64,000 bases of DNA from Marsupella aquatica (lineage: Eukaryota > Plantae > Marchantiophyta), in contig OZ316898.1 of assembly GCA_973895155.1 (NCBI GenBank), positions 5,567,079 to 5,631,078 of the forward strand, read 5' to 3'. The stretch's first letter is position 1. Every line of letters starts with the position of its first letter. The position numbers and the translations under genes are program-made. A model generated the notes under the pieces. The model searched no databases. It saw only the letters and a program-made list of their open reading frames with translations, and was not told the origin of the DNA. Shown one piece after another: positions 37,407 to 49,400 of this stretch.

Positions 37407-40400
37407 CTTCTTACTGAGCAGAGAGACAGCTGAGATGACTTAGACAAGTTAGAGTGATGTGACTCAGCAAGGTTAGCCGATTGGATATTTCACTTCATAA
37501 ATCTCACTTGGCGAGGCCTTTGAGCAATAAATAACTCAACTGATAAGGTCAGTTGAGTGGAAAGTTTCCAACCTGGTGAGGCCACTCAGACAAAAAAAAC
37601 TGACCGCTGAAATTGTGTTCAAGTTCGGCTAGACCACTGTGTTTCATTGATATTGGTGATTGATAACTGATGGGGCTAACAACCCCTTCTTTAAAATCTT
37701 AATGAAGACCAAACTTTACCAGAAGTGATGGACCCACCAGTAGAGCAATATAGAAAGAAAATTAAATATAAAGCAACAAAATTTTGGAGCTATATAGAGT
37801 TCTCTTAGATTGTCCCTTCTACACATTCTTGACATCTTTGCATTGGACTTGGGGTACCTCAGCCGAGACCTCAGCAATGTTGAGAGTGCAAGGACAGTGA
37901 ACTATACATTCTTTCGGATGGAATATGTGAATGCACCAAAACCAGGTAGTTCATTCACTAGTGGCCTGAAAATGATGCGAAGTACCACAAGCATGACCAC
38001 ATCTTTGATCTGAATTTCAAAGAACATGGATCTCATTAGCAATGTTTTTGATCAACCAGTTTTGGCACAATTTTGAGCTTCAGTTAGGAGATAATAAAAA
38101 CTGCACTAAAACAGACAATGTATCTTAGAATTTTCATGTGAAGTTTTTGTTAGGGTCATAAGCAAAGCTGTCTCATTAAAATTACGTGTGTGAGATAAGG
38201 AAACCCTCTTGATACAAAATCTGTCAACTGAAGGTTCTCCAATCAGCTTGCTTATCCAGAGGGCCAACTATATGTCACCTGTACAGAAAAGGTGAGACCG
38301 ACTGAGGTTCGCACTCTCATTATGATACAGGGATCACCTTGCCATTGGCACTCAACATCCATAGCAATCTCGTCATCTGCAGTGTGGACCATTCGTACTC
38401 CTGCCTACGCCAATGATGACTTAGATCAGTCCCCTTAGTTATGTGATGCTTGACTTTGCATTTTTGAACTCACCAAAATCACACATCTCTTCTAAAATTC
38501 TAAATATCTGTAAAAACTACATACCCTCAACATCTACTGCACACTAGTCAGAGTCCAAGAGAAAGGACCTAAAAACTACCTTCAGGCCATTCTGATATGA
38601 CAGTACTATGGAATGCTCAGATTTTGGCAGGAAAGGAGAAATACCTAGAAATACAGGAGGAACAGATCCAAGGGTGAACTCTGAAAAGGAAATTTGGGAT
38701 ATTGAAGGTGGCCTATAGGGATCAATCCAAGGCTCCCAAATCTCCTTCATAGATGCAGATTGTTTCTATCATGCGTTTTTGAATAACAAAGGCAATCATT
38801 AGCCCCTTAGAGTTGAGACAACTATACTTCATAGCAAACTCAGATCACAAACTTCTGCATAGCCTTGTAATGCATATAGTTCATAAAATAATTAAACCTT
38901 AATGTAGAGCACATGGGAAATTATCACCTTGATACTGACTCAAGATGACTTTTTTTACCTTTGAATAAAACGGCCATAATTTTTGGACACAATGGTTTAT
39001 CCAGTGCACCTGCAATGAGATATCAGTCAATTCAATGTAAGTAGTCAGATTGTCAAGAAAATATTATTGTCAAAAAGTCCTTTTTAAGGGATGCCCGAAA
39101 GGATGTAGACTGTGCAAATGAAGCCTGTGTTGTTAGGCCAGAGTTCAGCCCTGAACTGATCAGGGTTTAATTGGGTTTTCACCTTTTCATATTTTCCCAT
39201 CACAATCCAGTAAGGAAAGTATTCTTGTGGGAATAACTTTCGCACATCATCAAGTTGCATGGCTGATAGTGCTGCCATGCTGGTTGCCTGTACAGACAAG
39301 TGATTTCCAGTCATACCAAAGTTGACACATCTTCAAGAAATAAATGTAACCATACTATTGAGTTAAACCTGGCATATGGATTTGGGGTTCACCTCAAGGA
39401 TGTCTCTCACATAGACTCTAGAGACCTACTAAAATTTTGCACGTTTTGCACAAGGCATGCAATTCACAAAGCTGTGTCTGTACACAGCTTCAATCCAAGA
39501 TAAAAAATGTCACCAAACAGAAAGGGACAATTATAACTTTCACAACACGAAGTTGTGGTCTTAAGTTCTAACAAACAAAAAATATATGATGCAGCACCTT
39601 TTCATGCCGCTGTTGAGCACGCAGACGGGAGCAATAGACCCAAAACATTATCAGTCCCACACCTACAATGATACCGTATGCTAACCCAACACATGAGTCA
39701 TGTGCCAACTCCCTAGCACTATCAAATTTGGCCTCTCCTGCAATGATGAAGGTGTGTTGAGAAATCAGTCCATATTTGTTTATATGCAATACCAAAGGTG
39801 GGACCAAAGCCGGAAGGCATGACAGTGGGTATATATAGTGCTGCCAAAGCTAAAAATCTCAAGATCATGTTTTTTAAGTATCAGCATGAAGAATGCTTAT
39901 ATATAGCTCTGATTCAATATCATAGCCACAAATCGGTACTAACATGCTTCTATATAATTATGTGATGTGGTTCAAGAGACTGGGTGTACAAATTCATCAG
40001 CCTCGGGAGTTAGTGTAATCAGTCATTAACAAAGCAGTAGGCAAAGGCTCATGTTGCATGGACTGTTGAAGAGTAAGAAGATGTCTCATAAGGACACAAC
40101 CCATTATATCTATGATTCCAAACAATACGTGATCGATGTATGGGAGTTACCAGTGTGAAGCAGGTTCAAAGGCTAACCACATACATGCAAGCATACATGA
40201 CAACATGGGGCCAGAAATGACACATGGAAAAGACAGTCTGGATTTAAATGATTGGCTAGAATGTACACAAAGACATGAACCTTTGCAATGCTCAGAAAAA
40301 CAACTGAGGAGATATCCACCATGCATCAACGTCAATTTCACATATACCATCCATTTAGACAGGTCTGACTAACATCATGAGGGACCACACATGAGATGCC

Positions 40401-40777
40401 CACAATTCAAGCTTGGCAGATAATTCCAGTGAGAAAATTTTAGAATGCACTGCCAAATCAAGGGCTCCTAACTTGTGTGAAACATGTGCCTAAGTGTGGG
40501 AGAGAGGGCGCCGGAGTCTTAGGTCTCTAGAATTGGAATTTAGTTATATAGACAGAAAAAGAATTGCACAGAGAACAAAGAAAATTATGCATATGCAATT
40601 AATGGAGGACCCTCAATTAACAAAACTAATAAGCAAAGACTTACCTGAGTGAACATCGTGCAAATCTTCACTCCAGATTGAATGCACATACGCAAACACG
40701 TTAAGCGTTTGTTGGGGTGGGGCTTCCTCACCCCATTCAAATATCCTTCTCCAGTTCTTATCAAGCCATGATCCCAT
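32606..40777 (-). CDS. Synaptotagmin SYT4/SYT5-like (TM-SMP-C2A-C2B), 14 exons
   Basis: Frame-consistent GT..AG exons: 40777-40645, 39737-39598, 39287-39183, 39009-38959, 38765-38645, 38400-38279, 38009-37908, 36896-36822, 36567-36473, (35445 or 35382)-35241, 34721-34494, 33686-33345, 33113-33000, 32785-32606. Peptides 'VHWINHCVQKLWP', 'FSEFTLGSVPP', 'RIIFRPLVNELPGFGA', 'KLDFTVNLIGGDI', 'GILDVKLVQAKDL', 'NDLSPIWNE', 'SDPYVVL' and 'VWDHETFG' follow plant SYT4/5 in order. Exon 1 and the exon-10 acceptor are less certain. Confidence 0.88.
37325..37676. mobile_element. Degenerate MITE-like fold-back in SYT intron 7
   Basis: Ends ccctatcagtta / taactgatgggg, with internal ctcagc/gctgag motifs. 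A related degenerate inverted repeat lies in intron 9 (about 35579-36146). No clear TSD. Confidence 0.4.
37375..37402. repeat. (TG)14 microsatellite
   Basis: Direct reading. Confidence 0.95.
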
Positions 40778-41758
40778 TGCTATAGCACTAAGTCAGGTAA
40801 AGAAAGTGATAACAAGGCTCCAATCTTCCAGAGATTGTGTATTTTACTACCATTCCCCTCTTCAATGTTGTCATGGTTTCCAATCAAAGTTGCACTAGAA
40901 ATGTACTCCTCATAGTCAAACTTTTTTTCACGGGGCCTCTTCTTGCTTTCACAACAATGTCTGTATAATCATCAGGCTGGCTTGATGCCCCGCTTCGCTC
41001 AGTTGCAAGCAGACTACGTGGCTGGTTGATATTGTACAACTGTTATACCCTATTTGAATATAATATATACTAATTAAATAAATTGTTAATCCTTGCCCAG
41101 AATTTCAGTTTGTAGATTGAACACACTTTGCTTAGTGCAATATAGGAGCATTGAGTTAAGAGGCCATTCTGTGAATGGGCAGGGCACTCTCACTAATCTT
41201 TGTTCTCATGGGCCTCAATCAAAGGGGTATGTGTCCCATATCACGCTCAAAGTTTTGGGGAAATAAACACCCTAAAACTTAAGTTAATAAAGTGTTTTTG
41301 AGTAATTTTTTTACCCCTAACTTAATAGAATATTCTAGGAATATTTTCAAATTTTATTGTGAAAAACCGTATGATTCTTATAATTCTCAAATCCAGATTA
41401 AATCAACCCTAATTATGTTATTTGACAAAGAATTTAAAATCTTTCACTAAACCCAATTAAAAAACCCTATACTTATTTGCACGTGATCGGTTGGAAGAAA
41501 AGAAGTGAGTACCCCGGGACTTTGTCTAGACACCAAGGTATGAAATTTCAGGCACCAATAAAGCATGTAAAATCTGCTCTTCCAGTTTCCCTGCCGTGAG
41601 ATGTCCCATTAAATTAATGAAAGCCCTTGGGACTTTATTTAGGACACCTCCCTTGCTTTACCTAATTAACTTGCACTTATCTACCATAACGCTCATAGTA
41701 CATTCATACCCCATAGGTTAGGGGCCCGGTTGAGTGATATTCAGTTTAGATGCCCTCA

Positions 41759-41870
41759 TGGGTCTCACTATTTGGGGGCCTCCCCATCACCTGCGACGTT
41801 TTTAGGCCTTAGACCCCTAAAATGTAAGAAAATATATTATTATTTTTAATTGACCCATATAAAGTTAATT
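41759..41870 (+). repeat. Dispersed copy of MITE terminus family
   Basis: 'gggtctcacta...tccccatcacctg...tttaggcc..gacccctaaaat.taagaaaa' matches 180-260. Confidence 0.6.
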
Positions 41871-43295
41871 TTTAATTGACCCATATAAAGGTTTGGGTGG
41901 AAGGCCTACCCCCTTCCACCCAATACAAGGTCTGCGCTTCAGATTGGTATAATAGATTCATCCATCTTAAGCTCTAGCCTGGAAGACTACTTACAAACTA
42001 GTGAAAGTCCTAAAATCTTCCGAATGGGTGTAGGGGTGGAATTACATATTTAGAGTCAACTGAAGAGATCGCTTGCAGGGGGGGATGGGGAAGCAAATAT
42101 ATATAATTTACTGTCACTGTTCTAGTCTTTTTTCCATCAAATTGTTTTACTCGTTTCTAGAATTGTTTCCTCTTTTAACTTTTGTAATTTATTGCCTTTC
42201 AAATATTTAGTTTGCCATTGGATGTGAATGAGCTAACATATGTTAGTTTTCTTAGCCCACAAACAAAACAAGTGGCATTGTAATAAATAGAACAAATTCA
42301 GTGGCAAGGTATGTATTATGCCAAATAAGAATGGCAACCTAGTAAATCTCAGAAAGAGCATATGGATATATATCACACTGGAAAAAAAGTGACATAAAGT
42401 TTGGAAACAGGATCCCAAAAGCAAGAATCCCAATGAAGAAAAATGCGGGGGAGGGGGGGGGGGGGTTGGGAACAAAAGGAAGTCAGGGACCCTATTGCAC
42501 AGTTGATTTCATTTTACAACATCGTACTCGTATGACTATAGAAATTGGATTTTGTAATTGAGGACACCAATGACTTTTAACTTCTCACAGTCCTAGAAAG
42601 TTACATTTTGATTTTAATACCTAAATAATTATATTATTGTAAATTTAGTAAGATGTATCAGGATGGAGGCATATGCTTGATGGATCCCAAACCAAAGTTG
42701 CCCTTAACCAGCCTCCTGAATTTTGGGTAGGTTCATTTAAGGTCTATTAATGATCTGGATCATTCATTGGGTTCATCTGAAAGTAACATTTCTCATTTGG
42801 CCATCAAACATTTACCTCCTCAGGATGAGCATCTCTTATATCTTTGGTCTTCCTGGATTTTTCTTTGTTTTCCCTGTTGTTGGGTTTCTTGCTCCTGGGA
42901 TCCAATCTGCAGGTAGGACACTTTCCTTTTCCCTTGAGCGGTATTATGTGTTATACCCCCCTTATTATGGGAGATGAACTGGCGTAAATTTATCAGTTCT
43001 CTTTTTGTGTAGTATGAAAAATCAGCGTTTACTAACATTTTGCACAAAAGTTGAACACAAATTCATTGGTTATCCTTGTCCTATGAGAACATCTTTTTTG
43101 CATATTCTGTCCACCTACATAAGGCACTATTGTGTTTTCAGTAGAGTTTTTCATGTTCAGGAATTGATTTAGAACAATATTGTTCTGTACCCTGAATTTT
43201 TGTTTTGTTTTGTTTTGTAAGGGTACATTTGCTGGACATAATAATAACGCCAGCAGTACTGGTGGGTTTCTAATAAAGGATGAGCCAAATTAAGA

Positions 43296-43428
43296 CACAG
43301 CTTAAATTACTAGCTGTACTTAAAGTTTGAGACAAATTTCTTCTGATTTGGGTTTAGATGCCACAGCTTAAATTACTAGCTGTACTTAAAGTTTGAGACA
43401 AATTTCTTCTGATTTGGGTTTAGATGCC
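43296..43428 (+). repeat. Perfect 66-bp tandem duplication
   Basis: cacagcttaaattactagc...gggtttagatgc at 43296 and 43362. Confidence 0.93.
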
Positions 43429-46400
43429 TCCTCCTTAATCTTGGATTAATAAAATCTCCATGTTGCTTACCCAAGAGGTTCTTCTGTAAATTTATGTTAG
43501 TGAGTTCTCCATAAAACTTTCTTTTGTGCCAGGAAATTAAAACCTAGCAGCAATCAGTCATCGTGTGGTGTTGCACCTATATTGATAACTAATGAGAGCA
43601 CTCATGTAGTGTGTGCATTATAATGCGAGGGGGAGCTTATAGGTTTTGGTCATGTCTTTTCTGACATGCCTGCATTTTGCCCAGTGGTTCTAGGCCAAGT
43701 TTGCTAAGGTCTGAGTGTATTCCCACCCATGCACTGATGCACATGACACCAAGCCGCTATTTTGAGCAAATGACTATTAATCATTAGATAATATGCACAT
43801 GTGCAACGTCCAACCAACACACTGTAAGTAGTTGACACATGAGATCCATGGAACAAAACAAAAATTGAGTCTCCACAGACTAAGCTGTCCTTATCTCTCA
43901 AGTGGCTCTATAGCAATGAGCCTAAGTTCCACTCACTAAATCTTGCTAGTAAATATAGTAGTAGCTTATCTAACCTTATCCAAGTACCTGACTATGGTTA
44001 GACAAAGTGTGACAATTACAAAGTAACTCTAGACTTACGAGTAAATGTCTAACATACTATTGCCCAAAGTGGTGAGGTACATGATCATTTGCAGGCCCAG
44101 GCAGTAGACTGTGCAAGTAAGATACACCACCAGACCACTAAAGTATAGCACCACAAGCTTTAGCCTGGCAGTGTACCTCAAACACACTTGCCCAACTTGT
44201 GTCCTGGTGGTGTTGGGATCCAAGGCTCATCCAATATCGATTGCTTGTACCAAAAGGGGTGCTCTGGTGGGCTGAGTTGTGGCCACTACTGGAGCGTAGA
44301 TAGGGCACAGCTGTGGAAAATTTAGCTAGGGCTGGGGTGCTAGTGGCTTAATCCTGCTTTGAGTTCCAGAGGGGAGTCAGAACTGGAGCCTCTCTAGTGG
44401 AGTGTGTGGCTCCTTACTAACATTGTTTGCAAGTTTTTAGTTTTATTACCTATTTGTAATTTTTGCCTAGGTTGCAGTGGCATCCTTCCTGCAGTAATTC
44501 CTCTGGTCCACCTGGGCCTCCTTCTTTCAGGACTCTCCCTTGTACAAAGGTTTTTTGGTGTTAGCATTTGCCCCCTTCGTTTGAGTTTGTGTGTATCATC
44601 TCCAGGCTCTTCTACTTTTATTTTATTGGACTTTGTTTGACCTTTTTTTAGCAGATTGGTCCCTCTTCTCCCTTGAATGTATGTTTCCATGTAATGAGTT
44701 CAGTGAAATCCTCGAAGGCAATAAATAAAGTCAAGCAATCATGCAACGGGGTAATGATGACAGAAGCACTGGCATTGCAAGCAGTAGAGATGCTACTACT
44801 GTATTTTGGAATGGTACATTTGACAAAATCCACGTGATTTATAGCCTCTTTGATGCCTTTGACCTACCTTGTAAATGAATTAGCTCACTTCCATGGTGGG
44901 TCCAATCCTCAAGGTTCGTTATGTCATTGAAGGGGGGCTTTACAAGAACTTGGGGGCGGTCTTATTTTCTTCTTCTTCTTTTTTGTCTGAGATGTAATGG
45001 TAGCCATTCATATTCTTTTTTGTTTGAGCTGTAATGGTAGCCATTCATATGTGGGAACAGGCCAGACTTCACTTACCTGGCTACACAATCCGACAAAACC
45101 ATTATCCAGGCTACTAGGCTAGTGACCATTACCTTCTGTAGTCAGTAGTCACCAGCTAGTGGGCCTCTTTTGTTTTGCCCATGTGACCAGGTTTCTGGAT
45201 AGAAAACTTAGACCACATCTTCGAATGGACTCCCTGTTGGCCTGTGCTAGTATTTTCTATTTCAGGATCTTGCATTCATTTCTCCAAACCCTGACACATT
45301 TTGGCTGAGGCAGTTTAACTTTAGCATAATTATGAACAAATCGTTCATATACTAACCGTTTCCCATCGTTGTCCCAGCTTTTCTATTCTAGCTGTAAAGC
45401 TGTTCTTCATGGATTCCTATAATTTGCGTGCAATTTGCAACCGTACAACCATTCATTTCACTGGTAGTTTGTGGATCGGGAGTGGGACTGTTGCCTTGAA
45501 TCTTCTCCATCATGAATCTGTGACATTTCTATGAAGATCCCTGATCGAAAAGTGATCCCTGACTAGCAGGACCGGACTAGGCCGTGTCTCGAGGATCAGG
45601 AGCTCTTATAGTCTTATAAATTCATGGCGTTGAGTATGACTGTCCCGTACCGCAGAAGATTAGCATAATAATGAGGTCCAGCAAGGTTCCTGAGAAGTGA
45701 GGAGGAGCACGATCCACCCAGGCATCTTGGGCTGTCTGTTAATAGGAGCGTCGACCTCATGACGGATCCATCCACCCGTCCATAACAGACATAAAAGTCG
45801 ACGAGACCCATCTATGAAAGTATCGTCGTGTGGGACAGTGGGAGCCTGGGAGCAGGGAACGACAAGTCGTGATAGAGAGAGAGAGACTGCGATGGGATCC
45901 GTGGGCACTCATTCCTTCCTTCCTTCATTCATAGACAACACGTGAGGTGGTTGCTGATGAATGCGGGATTAGCGAGCTTGAAGGAAAGAGAGAATGAGGA
46001 GAGGACCAATGGACCATGGACTGGAGGAGAATGATGGTAATCACCAATGCTCGCACGCACGCATCGAGACCAACAAACCGGTCGAATCCATTCCCCACCC
46101 GACTCCTGGGTCCAAACGGGGTCAGCGGACCCACAATCGGTTCAGTCCAAGGTCAGACAGTCCACATGAGTTGGGAACTGAGGAGGAAATCACTCCACCC
46201 ATGCGCGGTTCAATGTCTGTTGAGCAGTCCCTACATCGACAGACCGATGCCACGCCAGGCGGCTGTGTGAGAAGATCCGGAGGTCCTGAGGGCCAGGCTG
46301 ATCAAAGCATACGAGCTAACTACAGTAACTTACTCGTGGATTCTGGAAAGTCAGTCATGACACCCACGTTCCCCGAATCCCCTTCATCAGTACAATAAAT

Positions 46401-49400
46401 TACCAAAAACGAGACTGATCTCCACCGAGCTGATCAGGGAAAGCAAAGGAAAGTCTGTCTGTAAACTCGCCACGTCAGGAAAAGAAGCAAAGTAGCTAGC
46501 CTGTAACCACGAATGACGAGGGAATTCACAGAGCCTGTAAACATCACTAATGGCGCCAGTGATAGAATGATCAAGCCTGTAAACCTGTATAGAGTCGGCC
46601 GCGAGCGAAATCCTGCAGATTGCAGAAGTGCAGAGAGAGGACGAAGGCATTCACACATTCGACAATAATTAGAAGGAAGAATGATGTGGACTGAATCCCT
46701 ACCACAACTCAATGTAACGAGAGAAACCGGCGGACAACATACCGTAACCACAAACCCACCTTCGGACCTCACTCAGATCCTCATCAACGAAGCCAGCACA
46801 TTCAAGGTCTGGAAAGTAGGCAAGACAGTACAGGACAGATGGGAGGAGCGAGAGAGAGTGAGAGACCAAACAGAAGAGGCCAAGATCACCCATCATTCAG
46901 TGACAAACCCACTTCCGAAAGCCAGCATTTCTCGGTGCATTAATTTCGTCTTGAATGCGGAGTACGAGAATGGCAAAATGAGTGCCAAGTACACAGAAAG
47001 TAACTTGTCCCTAAAGGACACAAACAGCAGACTCAGTGATGATGGGAAAGACGCCTATCATCATCAGAAGCACCGCTCCCAACTTTCATTAGCGGCCACT
47101 AATAAGTTCTTTCCTGTAGGCCTCCGCAACTTTAGTCCCGGCATCGACGAGCTAGGGAATTATGATTGCTTCTGGCAAACTTATTTTCTTCCCAGAGTTC
47201 ATTTTGGTGGATCAATCCATATTGAATCTCGTGGACGTTTGCCTTCCTTACTTTCCTGTTCTCACATATCAGTGTCTGTCGGTTTTTGTGGATTGTCCAC
47301 GTTAATTCCCTATATTAATTTAAAGTAACAGCTGGCCGAGAGGAGGAATGCCGGGATCCGAGTTTTGTATCATTGTGCCCAATTGCCCATGACCGCAGCC
47401 TGCCTGCTGTAGGGCTCGTGCCAACAAGAGCTAGATCTCCATGTCAGACAGGGAAAGTTCTGCTGAGTGTAGGGCCTTCTCGATCACTTGAATGGAATCT
47501 CGGCAATTGGCGTACTTCTGCATCGTCGCAGGACGGTAGTAAATTTGCTTTTCCAGCCATCTGCGGAAACCGCTGCACTGTAGAGTTGCAATTCCGAAGC
47601 GAGAGCTGTTCTTGACAGCAGACACACGCCGAGGCACTACTGCAGCCGCATGTTTTTTGCCATGGCTCCATCACGGCACAACCACCGTTATGTAAATTGT
47701 CACAGTAGCAGCAGCAGCTCCACTATTTCCCTGTCGTGCACCAGACTTTGGCAGGCCCAGCATGTTGCGAATATTGAATGAATTCCCAGTCTAGTACAGT
47801 TGTAAGACCTCCTGCATCAGCAGCACTAAGCAGCAAATCATTCCTTCATGCACTTGTCGGACCCTCTCAATATTAGAAATAGTTAAAGTATTTTGGAGCC
47901 ATTTCGTTGCACTGAAGACTGCAGATTGTTCCAGCAGACAGTCAGTCTGATGATTGATTTGATTGGGTTGAAGCTGCCAACCAAGTCCTGGAGTCCTGGA
48001 CAATCTGCCGCTTTGCCCTCCACTGCACCACAGTACCTGGTCTGATGGCACCATATCCAACAAGAGTCAACAACTGAACTTCGAGGTGAGACTTGAGAGT
48101 TCCCAGTCACCAACTGGCTCTGAAGCACGCTTAATTTTTAAGGTTTTTTCTTTTCTTTTTCTTTAGGGTGGCTAATGTCATCTTGTGTGAAGGAGAAGAT
48201 GCTTATCAATTTGCTTAGATCAATTTTTGAGCCTTAGATCTACCTAGTTTGAAGGATGACCATTGGATTCTGGCTAATTGTGTCTGTGCCTAGGTGGGAA
48301 AGCGACAAAAAAAAGCCTAGCAAAATTTCCCCCAAAGTGGTCATTAGACCCCTAAGCGTAGATAACACTGACTGATCCCTATAAATGTATCTATGGGTGG
48401 ATATTAAGCATAAGTTAGGTTAAAAACAAATTCAAGGATGGGCCTCGGCAGGCACAAGTGAAGTTGTAACATGGTTGGTGTGCACATGAATTTTTTTAAT
48501 GCAAGCCTCTGTATTGGTTATTGGAAGAGGTGGGTGCCCCAGGCCATACAAGTGGAATGATTCTGAAATCCAGGTTCTAACTAGCGTCGGAGTTGCTCTA
48601 AGTACACTATGACTTTTTGCCCTAAATAATCCTGCTGAATTCCAGTGAACCCCCACTGTCCATTTTCAAACCGTGCTGGATCTAGGTTACCATAATTAGT
48701 TAACAATGTTCTTAACAAAGTAATAAATTGGGTGAAAAGTAACTATTTTGTCCTCCCACTACTTCATGGATAGTGGCGCTTTGTTAAAGACAATGTACAG
48801 AGATATGGCTCAAGACGGGGGGGAGCACCCAAGGGGATCCGGGTCAATGTGCCAACAACGGGTGAGGCCATGCCACGGTAGAAGGACCCTCGGAGTTTTG
48901 GAGTTTGCACCTAATTACCCTCAAAGAAAACTGTACCTAATCGTCCCCCCAAAAGGTAGAATGTTCTATGATTGAAATATAAGGCTATTAGGCCCATTCA
49001 GTCTAAATGTCACTACCAGTTAGGGAGTCACATCCTTAAACCACAAGTTACCGTATAATGGCTCCATTGGCCTTTGGAATTTCGACCTCTGGTCCCCTTT
49101 GACATCTTTTATGCAAGATCATATTTTCCCCAAATGACATTTTTTACGAATCTACATCTTCGGTGCAATGCACTAATATTAAGCTACTGTAGTATAGTAT
49201 AATTATAAATATGAAAGAGCATATCTAAAATATTTCAGAGTATTTTTGAGTATCATTGTCATCTAAGTCCTTGGGAGGCTAACTATGGCTCAAAACTCGG
49301 AATTTGGTGATCTTCTTCCCACAAATAACCGCATCTAAGAATAGTTCATATTTTCTAAGAACACAAAACGCTTTCAGGGCAAGCGGGCCACTAATTGGAA

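Noticed and set aside
45994-47328. Single ORF restored by U-to-C editing of four TAA stops
   Set aside because: Such editing is organellar, and four stops in about 94 codons matches random expectation.
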